A stretch of DNA of 64,000 nt from an uncultured Acidobacteriota bacterium (GTDB lineage: Bacteria > Acidobacteriota > Terriglobia > UBA7540): the NCBI GenBank assembly GCA_963804995.1, contig CAWDSK010000005.1, positions 736,001 to 800,000 on the forward strand. The letters are read 5' to 3'. This document shows positions 56,346 through 64,000 of this stretch, piece by piece (position 1 is the stretch's first letter; each line of letters begins with the position of its first letter). A model generated the notes under the pieces. The model was not told the origin of the DNA, searched no databases, and saw only the letters and a list, made by a program, of their open reading frames with translations. A program made the translations under genes and the position numbers.

Positions 56346-56599
56346 TAGCGGGGCACCCCCTGATCGTCATATCCCAAAATCTCAGCCTCGGGCCGGGTGT
56401 CCAGCGTTGGGAGACTGTCGACGCGGCGCAATATATCATCAAGTTTCTCGGTCATGATGTGTCCCTGGTGTCGCCGTTTTAGTCGTTGCAAGCGTTCCTT
56501 GAGAGCACTCTCAATTGCTTCGGTGAGAGACTCCCCCGCCTCTCTAGCAACTTGCCGGGCCAGACGCTCGGTCTCGATATTCTTTATGCTCAAAGCCAT
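56345..56599 (-). CDS. vapB: VapB antitoxin (Rv0623-like)
   Basis: MALSIKNIETERLARQVA…GESLTEAI…ILGYDDQG. Confidence 0.9.
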   Translation of the reverse strand: MALSIKNIETERLARQVAREAGESLTEAIESALKERLQRLKRRHQGHIMTEKLDDILRRVDSLPTLDTRPEAEILGYDDQGVPR

Positions 56600-56870
56600 T
56601 TCTTATCCTCCGCACCCTATTATAGCATTCTGTATGAATGTCTATAGTTATATATTTAGTTCGAAAGAAGATTGTATTCCCTTGGTTTTTAACCTCTTAC
56701 ACCAACGCTAACATTAGGTTCGCGTTGGATGAATCCTGGTGAGCCCGTCAGGAAGGCAACCTGGCACCCCTACGAGTCGGGGCGACTTAGTGTGGATTAA
56801 GCCAGCCGGCCGCAACCAGAACGTGCCACGGCCGACCTGTCCCGATGCATCGGGGTCCTGGCCTTCCCAG

Positions 56871-57626
56871 TCACGTGGGGGGGGATCCCGATGAATTGGG
56901 GCAGGCTGCCCATGCCACGACGTAGGGGCCAGCGCCCTGCGCCCCAGAGCCGGCTTCGGGGGGCGCCGGGGGAGCGCTGGCCCCGGGCCTGGTCAAGAGG
57001 AACAGGGCCCGCCCGCTGACTTCCTCGTCGAATTCCACACCGCCTCCCTCGAATTCGAGCCTGATCCCTTCCACGGGGTGTTCGGGAGGCACTTTGCCGA
57101 GGGCGCAGTTCACTTCGAGCGTCGCGTTTTTCGCCAGCCCCCACACTGGCAGGAGGCGGATGCGGAAGACGGCCAGACCTCCTGCCGGCATGGAGCCGGA
57201 GAACATTCGCGAACGCATGGGGCCGAACTGTGGGGGGCCGAGTGCCCGGCCTTCGCGCCTGAGTGCACCCGGCGCGATCCCGTACGAATCAAAGCTAACG
57301 AGTTCACTCGCAATCCAGACACCCGTCTCGAGCACCAATCCGTCAGTGGACTTGTGGGTGAAAGTTCCGGCGGCGGTGACCGACTTGCCTGGTGTGCTGA
57401 GCGTGCCTGCGCCGCTCATCTCATAGCTCGCGCCATCGGCTGACCTGACCACCGCCGGGCAGGCCGAGGAGTCGCCAGAATCGCAAAGTAACCCCGCGCC
57501 CACCAGGAAGATGTAATTGCCTGTGCTGCTTTGGGCCACCGCCGGAAGGACAGCCAGAAACATCGGCAAGCTCGCGAGTATCAGCCGCTTCATCGCCAGG
57601 CTCGAAAACACAGTTCGGCGTGACAT
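56871..57626 (-). CDS. Secreted hypothetical protein
   Basis: GGAGGTGA RBS, signal peptide (…LPAVAQ), beta-rich body. Confidence 0.65.
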   Translation of the reverse strand: MSRRTVFSSLAMKRLILASLPMFLAVLPAVAQSSTGNYIFLVGAGLLCDSGDSSACPAVVRSADGASYEMSGAGTLSTPGKSVTAAGTFTHKSTDGLVLETGVWIASELVSFDSYGIAPGALRREGRALGPPQFGPMRSRMFSGSMPAGGLAVFRIRLLPVWGLAKNATLEVNCALGKVPPEHPVEGIRLEFEGGGVEFDEEVSGRALFLLTRPGASAPPAPPEAGSGAQGAGPYVVAWAACPNSSGSPPT

Positions 57627-57910
57627 ATTCACCTCCCGTCGTTGGGAGACATCCCCCTCGCCATTCCCACGAACGCGGGAATCCAGTCTCCCCTGGACAC
57701 ACATCGACTGCCGCTTCACAAATGTGCTGCTCGCATCGCCCTTATTCAGCCTAGCCGGGCGGATGCGCGGTGAGTACGAACCGCAGAGTTACAGAACCCG
57801 CCGCGGCGGGCGCTACCTTGCTCTCTGACGCGCCGCGCAGCCGCGCGGAGCATCAGCCTGAGGGGGAAAACACGATGTATGCTACATCACGACAAAAATC
57901 GCCGGCGGGC

Positions 57911-59158
57911 TTACGGGATTCGCAGGAAGCCGTGGGACACACCGTTCGCGTCCACGTACGGTCCGACGATCGCCCCCGCAGGGTTGTTGCCGTAGGGGAT
58001 AGTACCTTGGTAGGCTCCTGTGCCCGCCCCCGGAACGTCGAAGGTCGTGAGCGTGCCGTCAGGAGCCCGCAGGAAGCCATGATTGACATCGTTCGTGTCC
58101 GTGTAGTTTCCCGTGATCTCCCCCGCTGGGTTGTTGCTAGCGGGATAGGTGCCCTGGAAGAAGCCTGTGCCTCCCCCCGGAACGTCAAAGGTGGTGATGG
58201 TGCCGTGAGGAGCGCGCAGGTAGCCATGAAACACACTGCTCCCATCAAGGTAGAATCCCGTGACCGCCCGCTCTGGGTTCAGGGCCATAGCCACGGTGCC
58301 CTGGAAGTTGCCTGTGCCCGCGCCCGGAGCGTCGAACGTGGTGACGGTACCTTTAGGAGCGCGCAAGTAGCCGTGAAACGCACCGCTAGCGTCTACGTAC
58401 CATCCGCTGATTGCCCCCTCCGGGTTCAGGGCATAGAACGTTGTGGTCCACGTGCCCTGGACGTCCCCTGTGCCCGCGCCCGGAGCGTCGAACGTGGTGA
58501 AAGTCCCGTGAGGAGCGCGCAGGAAGACGTGACCCACACCGCTCGGGTCAGTGTAAATTCCCGTGATTGTCCCCGCGGCGTTGATGTTTTGGGCCGAAGT
58601 GCCCTTCATTACTAGCCAAAACAGCCCTGTTGAGCAGTCGCCCCCAACTGTGCCCGCGCCCGGAACGTCAATCGTCGTGAACCGGCCATCAGGAGCGCGC
58701 AGGAACCCGTGATACCCACAACTCGCGTCGAAATAGTTTCCCGTGATCGCCCCCTCCGGGTTGATCGCGAAGGCCGCAGTTCCCTGGCCCGCGCCTGTGC
58801 CCGCGCCCGGAACGTCAATCGTCGTGAACCGGCCGTTGGGAGTGCGCAGGAAGCCGTGATTCACATTGCCCGCGTCCACATACCATCCCACGACCGCCCC
58901 CTGCGCGTCTATGCCATTGGGGGTGGTGCCTTGGCCGGGATCTGTGCCCGCGCCTGGAGCGTCGAAGGTGATGATTGTAGCCTTCCGAGCACCCGCGGAA
59001 ACGCCCACCCCTAACATGCAGACGGCCAGGCATAGCATCGCCGACGCCATGGACCTTCTTACAACTTGGTAGACTTTCACTTTTTGAGCCCAGGTCCCTT
59101 GGCCGCTGACGATCAGCGGCAGGACCGCCGAAAACACCATGCTGAATGATTTACGCAT
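57911..59158 (-). CDS. Secreted tandem-repeat (probable beta-propeller) protein
   Basis: About seven ~45-aa repeats TFDAPGAGTG..QGT…IN..G.ITG.Y.D..G..HGFLR.P.G after a hydrophobic leader. Confidence 0.8.
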   Translation of the reverse strand: MRKSFSMVFSAVLPLIVSGQGTWAQKVKVYQVVRRSMASAMLCLAVCMLGVGVSAGARKATIITFDAPGAGTDPGQGTTPNGIDAQGAVVGWYVDAGNVNHGFLRTPNGRFTTIDVPGAGTGAGQGTAAFAINPEGAITGNYFDASCGYHGFLRAPDGRFTTIDVPGAGTVGGDCSTGLFWLVMKGTSAQNINAAGTITGIYTDPSGVGHVFLRAPHGTFTTFDAPGAGTGDVQGTWTTTFYALNPEGAISGWYVDASGAFHGYLRAPKGTVTTFDAPGAGTGNFQGTVAMALNPERAVTGFYLDGSSVFHGYLRAPHGTITTFDVPGGGTGFFQGTYPASNNPAGEITGNYTDTNDVNHGFLRAPDGTLTTFDVPGAGTGAYQGTIPYGNNPAGAIVGPYVDANGVSHGFLRIP

Positions 59159-59275
59159 AAACTCACCTCCAAGGATTGAGAGACTAATGATGCTTCTTCG
59201 TTTCTTTTCTCATTGCACGGTAATGAACAGGTCGAGATTTCGATTTTAGGAGCCGCAGAGGTAGGCTAACTGCGC

Positions 59276-59461
59276 CTAGCTCTGCGCTGACCGCTTTTTG
59301 GCGCCTACGATGCCCAGCATCGCGATGCCCAGCAGGATCAGATTTGACGGCTCGGGTGTGGTGGCTAGATTCGGGCTGAACCCGAAACTATAGTAGTCTG
59401 CCAGCGGAAATGTGTTCCCGCCCATCTCAGCGTCGAACGCGGCTTGATCGGACTCGAACAC
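59276..59461 (-). pseudogene. Orphan C-terminus of a PEP-CTERM protein
   Basis: TTPEPSNLILLGIAMLGIVGAKKR: PEP, TM helix, basic cluster; no N-terminal part or signal peptide. Confidence 0.65.
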
Positions 59462-59473
59462 AGGGTCGGCAAC

Positions 59474-60280
59474 TCAGACCATGTGGGTTCCTTCAAGTAG
59501 CATCCAGTCGAGCGCAGGATCACGTCGTCGGCGACGGAATGCCTGTTCGGGTGGCACGTATGGCATAGGCCGGTCGTAGTCCCAACAGAAGAAACCTCGA
59601 AACGGATCTCCCTTCGAATGTTGCGGCGATAGGCGGCTTTGGCTCTGACCGAGCGTGAATCCAAGCGTCACGTCGTCATGGTCCGGGTAGTTGGGATCGT
59701 AGATGTACAGTTCGACCCGCCTTGTGGCATTGTCGAATGTGTAACCCCATGCTGTCACTTGGTGATTTTTCCAAACGTCGATGAAGCCCCGTACTCGAAT
59801 CACGCAGAGCGATGCTGGGAAGCCTCGGTCCAGCAGGTCCTTGGCATGTGGCCACTCTTCCGATTGCGTTAGGTGGCCAATGCTGTGGCGATCGTGCCAG
59901 TGGCCTTCGTCGGGTCGAGCCATCCAGTCCGCGCAGCGTCCAGGTAAGCTGCCGTGCGCAACCAGCGCGTCCAACTGGCGGTCAAACAGCTCCTTAAAGA
60001 GAGGCGTGCCGTTGTCGGGGGAACTCGTAGTGAGCGGGATAATGCCGGGTCTATGGCCGAAGTAGCGGTCGAGCGCAGCCCAGCACATACCGCCGCAGAG
60101 ATGATCGATCTTTCGGGGCCATGCAAGCGCGGCCAAGCCCCCGGTCAGCACAATCCCTGTGATGGTCGTGCAGCGGTCTCGGTCCCACGCGATATCACCG
60201 AGTGAGACGTCGAAGTCATTTGGGAAGTGGAATCCGTGCCAGTGTGGTCGGAATGTTGTGTCGACACGCACGACTGTCAT
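59474..60280 (-). CDS. Hypothetical protein with papain-like peptidase motif order (C…H…D)
   Basis: GFHFPN, LCGGM, NHQVTAWGY, IYDPNYP. Confidence 0.6.
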   Translation of the reverse strand: MTVVRVDTTFRPHWHGFHFPNDFDVSLGDIAWDRDRCTTITGIVLTGGLAALAWPRKIDHLCGGMCWAALDRYFGHRPGIIPLTTSSPDNGTPLFKELFDRQLDALVAHGSLPGRCADWMARPDEGHWHDRHSIGHLTQSEEWPHAKDLLDRGFPASLCVIRVRGFIDVWKNHQVTAWGYTFDNATRRVELYIYDPNYPDHDDVTLGFTLGQSQSRLSPQHSKGDPFRGFFCWDYDRPMPYVPPEQAFRRRRRDPALDWMLLEGTHMV

Positions 60281-60314
60281 ACAGGCCTCCCGGGGCTACG
60301 GTCAGGGGCTACGA

Positions 60315-60791
60315 TCAGCGTCGTGTGGTTCTGCGGCGACTGGTAGTTGTCGCGCGACGAGGACGTGGTCGAGCAATGGGCCGGCCCGTTACATCCACAG
60401 CCGAACCCGCTTGCACCGTGTAAAGGTAATCCCCGCTTCGCTCGCTTAGAGTTACAGAGAAGAGTTCGATATGCTTATGCTGCGGCCACCCACCTGTCGC
60501 GAGGACCCGCTTGCGGTTGATGTATGCGTCCTTCAAAGCAGAAGCCGCAGCGACCTGCACGCTGCTAAACGGAAGCCCTTTCCACGGAATGGCTGGGTTG
60601 TCGCTATCGTAGTGGCTGTCCCGGGACATCACGAAGGTGACTGGGTTGAACATACCCTGGATGTCGTCCGTTAGCGTGAACCGGAAGAACGTCATGCGGC
60701 CAGCAGCATCCCTGTTTTCGTTGACCTCAATGGTGAACTCGCTGATGAAGCCAGTTTTCGTAACAAATCGTGGGACGATCGGGGCTGCCAT
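60315..60791 (-). CDS. Hypothetical protein
   Basis: AGGAGG RBS; 158 aa; upstream of and co-oriented with 59474-60280. Confidence 0.55.
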   Translation of the reverse strand: MAAPIVPRFVTKTGFISEFTIEVNENRDAAGRMTFFRFTLTDDIQGMFNPVTFVMSRDSHYDSDNPAIPWKGLPFSSVQVAAASALKDAYINRKRVLATGGWPQHKHIELFSVTLSERSGDYLYTVQAGSAVDVTGRPIARPRPRRATTTSRRRTTRR

Positions 60792-60820
60792 AGTTGTGTA
60801 CCTCCTAAGCTGGAATTAGT

Positions 60821-61125
60821 TTATTGGCCCTCCGGTTGTTGTAACCATAGGTCCGCAAAGGAGAACCGCGCATTGTTTTCCCGCGAGTCAGTCAGATATT
60901 GTTCGATGAGTTCTCCGAATCCCAATCGTTCCTCCAACTCCCGGACCAGAATCAAACCACCGTCGGACGTGACCCGCGATCCCTGCAATGCGACTCGCAG
61001 AAACCGGTTGAACGCAACCTCACCCATCCCGTGCCGCCATGTGTGCGCCCACACTGCTCCAGACCCATCTCGGCGTCAATACTCTGCGGGTAACACGGAG
61101 GTGAAATGTTTGTATCTGGCTAACT
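60821..61125 (-). mobile_element. IS1380-family remnant (transposase N-terminus and leader only)
   Basis: FNRFLRVALQGSRVTSDGGLILVRELEERLG…LTDSR, truncated after about 60 aa. Confidence 0.75.
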
Positions 61126-61230
61126 CCCCGAGAAGAGGTGGCTTGCCCTCCAATGTACTCTTAGTGGTTGGCCTTTCATGGGAACGCGTGTAGTGTTACA
61201 CTTGCCGGCCACAGGGGGGAAGCCGCCCCA

Positions 61231-63147
61231 ATGATAGACATTAACGCCCGCCCGCGCTTGTTGCGGTTCGGTGTTTTCGAAGTTGACCTTCGCACCGGAG
61301 AACTGCGCAAGCAGGGACTGAAGGTCAAGCTGCACGGCCAGCCCTTTCAAGTCCTCGCCCTGCTGCTGGAGCGTCCCGGTGAACTGGTGACCCGCGATGA
61401 AATCCGCGAGAAGCTGTGGCCGGGGGACACGTTCATTGATTTCGAACACAGCGTCAACAGCTCGATCAAAAGGCTGCGCGAGGCCTTAGGGGACGATCCG
61501 GCAGCGCCGCGCTTCATCGAAACCTTGCCCCGGCACGGGTATCGCTTTATCGCCCCGGTGGAGGGAGGGGCAACGCAGGAATTGCCCCCGCCGGCAACCG
61601 CCCCGACGGCGACTCAGGAATCGTCCCCACGAAGACGCTGGGCTGCCGCGGTGGCAGCCGGCTTGGTGGTATCCGTGGTGGCAGTGCTTTTCGCCCTCAA
61701 TGTCGCCGGCCTACGCGAGCGCGTTTTACGGGCTGCAAGGGCGGTTCGCGAACCGCCCCTACAAATCCAATCCATCGCCGTGCTGCCGCTGGAAAACCTC
61801 TCCGGCGATCCCGGACAGGAATACTTCGCCGATGGCATGACCGAGGCGTTGGTCACGGACCTGGGCCAGATCGGCGCCCTGCGGGTGATCTCACGGACTT
61901 CCGTGATGCAGTACAAGGGAACCAAGAAGCCACTACCCCAGATTGCGCGCGAATTGAACGTGGACGCCATCGTGGAAGGCACGGTACAGCGCTCGGGTGA
62001 CCGGGTGCGCATCACCGCCAACCTGCTGCACGCGCCTACCGACCGGCACCTTTGGGCTGCAACCTACGAGCGCGATTTGCACGACGTGCTGACGCTGCAG
62101 GACGAGGTGGCACGCGCCATCGCCGATGAGGTCAAAGCTAAGTTGAGGCCGGATGTCCGGGCGCGCCTGGCCAGCGCCCGCCCGGTCAATCCCGAGGCGT
62201 ATGAAGCCTACCTAAAGGGGAGCACCATTCTGGAAAATTTGACTCTGGAAAGCGGCCGATCGGCCATCAAGTACTTTGAGCAGGCGCTTGAACGAGACCC
62301 CGGTTCCGCGCCCGCCTTCGCCGGCTTGGCCGATGGTTACATCTTCCTGGGTCGGTTCGGCTACCTCCCAGCGAACGAGATGTTCCCAAAGGCGAAGCAG
62401 GCGGCGCGCAAGGCTCTTGCCCTGGATGCGAACTCGGCGGAGGCGTATGCCTCCCTTTGCAGTGTCGCAATCTTCTACGACTGGGACTGGCGGGCAGCAG
62501 AAACGGCGTGCTTGCGAGCGATCGAGCTTAACCCCAGTTACGGCCGTGCTCACCACATGTATTCACACTATCTCATTTCGACGGGTCGGTTTCCTGAGTC
62601 CCTTCACGAGAGTCTGCGTTACCTTGAGCTTGACCCGCTCAGCCCCGCGGCGAAAACGCACCTCGGAACGCATTACAAAATGGCCCGTCAGTACGACCTC
62701 GCCATCGAAGTATTGCGCGGGACCGTCGACCTCGATCCCAACTTCCCGGATGCGTATTTCGAGCTAGCTTCGAGCTACCTTGGAAAGGGAGCGTATCAGG
62801 AGGCTGTTCCTCCAGCGCAAAAGGCCGTGGCGCTCACGGGGGGCAAAGGATACCTTTACTTGGGACTATTGGGGGAAGCGTATGCCATGGTTGGTAGGCG
62901 AACCGAGGCCACCAAAATCCTGGAGGAGATAAAAGGCGTCTGGCGCGGAAGGCTGGTGGACGCTGAGAGCACAGTTCCAGTCCTTATTGCCTTGGGGGAA
63001 AGGGATCGGGCGGTCGAGCGGCTGCAAAGGGCCTTCGAGGAACACGATCAGTTAATTTCCTACCTCAAAGTAGACCCCAAATTCGACAGCCTGCGCTCCG
63101 ACCCACGCTTTCAAGACCTGGTGCGCCGCATGAACTTCCCGCCGTAG
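61231..63147 (+). CDS. CadC-like wHTH - TM - TolB-like - TPR regulator
   Basis: RFGVFEVDLRTGELRK, LREALGD…FIETLPRHGYRF, SIAVLPLENLS…YFADGMTE, TPRs, LRSDPRF. Confidence 0.92.
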   Translation: MIDINARPRLLRFGVFEVDLRTGELRKQGLKVKLHGQPFQVLALLLERPGELVTRDEIREKLWPGDTFIDFEHSVNSSIKRLREALGDDPAAPRFIETLPRHGYRFIAPVEGGATQELPPPATAPTATQESSPRRRWAAAVAAGLVVSVVAVLFALNVAGLRERVLRAARAVREPPLQIQSIAVLPLENLSGDPGQEYFADGMTEALVTDLGQIGALRVISRTSVMQYKGTKKPLPQIARELNVDAIVEGTVQRSGDRVRITANLLHAPTDRHLWAATYERDLHDVLTLQDEVARAIADEVKAKLRPDVRARLASARPVNPEAYEAYLKGSTILENLTLESGRSAIKYFEQALERDPGSAPAFAGLADGYIFLGRFGYLPANEMFPKAKQAARKALALDANSAEAYASLCSVAIFYDWDWRAAETACLRAIELNPSYGRAHHMYSHYLISTGRFPESLHESLRYLELDPLSPAAKTHLGTHYKMARQYDLAIEVLRGTVDLDPNFPDAYFELASSYLGKGAYQEAVPPAQKAVALTGGKGYLYLGLLGEAYAMVGRRTEATKILEEIKGVWRGRLVDAESTVPVLIALGERDRAVERLQRAFEEHDQLISYLKVDPKFDSLRSDPRFQDLVRRMNFPP

Positions 63148-63384
63148 GGCCGCCGTCTTGGCGGCTGCGCTCCATGTGGCGCAGAGCGGTAGAGCCGCTA
63201 GCAACGAGCCTCGTTGGGGCAGGCCTCGCCCTGCGGCACAGAGCCTTCGGGCGACGGGTCGTGCCTGCCCTCCCCCGTCGGCGTGGCCGACTTCAGGGCG
63301 CCCACAAGGGGTGCCCCTACGAGACGTGCCATGGGCATCTTGCCCATGCCGGGTCACGGGCAGGATGCCCGATGGATCGGGGCA

Positions 63385-63782
63385 GGATGCCCGCGCCACA
63401 AAACAGCGTGGCGCCGCATCGAGTTGCGGCGAGGGAAAGCGGCGACGAGTCGCCGCACTCCAAAGCGGGCTGCGCCCACAAAAAGCGGTCGTGCCATGGG
63501 CATCCCGATAAAGACCATCGGGACAGGTCTTGCCCATGCCGGGTCACGGGCAGGAGAAGCTGTGAAAAAATCCCACCAAACCTTTCACCGCGGAGACGCG
63601 GAGGCGCAGAGGTTTGAAAACAAAGGGTGATTTCTCTGCGTCTCAGCGTCTCAGCGGTGAAAATGGTATTTTTTCACACCTTCGGATGCCCGCGCCACAA
63701 AACAGCGTGGCGCCGCATCGAGTTGCGGCGAGGGAAAGCGGCGACGAGTCGCCGCACTCCAAAGCGGGCTGCGCCCACAAAA
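63385..63782. repeat. 99-bp direct repeat (63385-63483 and 63684-63782) flanking other palindromic elements
   Basis: Identical units containing aaagcggcgacgagtcgccgcactccaaag. Confidence 0.85.
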
Positions 63783-64000
63783 GCCGCAGGGCTGGCACCT
63801 GTCGCCAGCGCGCGTCTTTTCCCCGCCGTGACACGGGAAAGGCAGGGGTTAGGGAGTGGGGATTAGGGATTAGGGGAATTCGACCTTCCCCCAACCAACC
63901 CCCGTCGCAGACACACACTCCCCCGTATCGCTTATCGGTGGTGTCGGATGAGAAGATGAATCAAACGCTGGCTTCGAAAATCGGAAATCACCAATCGCAA

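Noticed and set aside
56730..56790. SRP-RNA-like text (gtcaggaaggcaacc)
   Set aside because: Lacks the CAGG…GGAA…AGCAG helix-8 arrangement.
63052..63918. Several overlapping ORFs after the TPR regulator
   Set aside because: They derive from GC-rich palindromic repeats and show no protein motifs.

Overview
A GC-rich bacterial window, probably from Acidobacteriota (inferred from the many Tat-signal enzymes, the wHTH-TolB-TPR regulator and the REP families). It has four parts. (1) 1-15.8 kb is an accessory island with six partial, decaying + strand copies of an 'unknown ORF X + HNH endonuclease' module. Minus-strand cargo sits between the copies: vapBC, DUF1902/hicA, phd/parE, phd/vapC and a three-gene NRPS cluster whose loading enzyme resembles oxalate-CoA ligase. 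An HTH-MNT/HEPN pair precedes the first copy. The six copies form two parallel three-copy super-units. (2) 17.7-33.5 kb is a 14-gene minus-strand operon behind a sigma-54-type promoter. It combines a Hyf/Hyc-type group 4 membrane [NiFe]-hydrogenase, a catalytically degenerate FdhF-like subunit, sulfhydrogenase beta/gamma (HydB/HydG) NAD(P)H subunits and two stand-alone cNMP-binding proteins. (3) 33.9-55.2 kb holds sugar and amino-sugar catabolism genes; two carry single in-frame stops. (4) 55.2-64 kb is a patchwork of REP clusters, gene remnants, vapBC, secreted repeat proteins, an IS1380 fragment and a regulator. No rRNA, convincing tRNA or CRISPR array was seen. All calls come from reading motifs by eye; no database searches were run.
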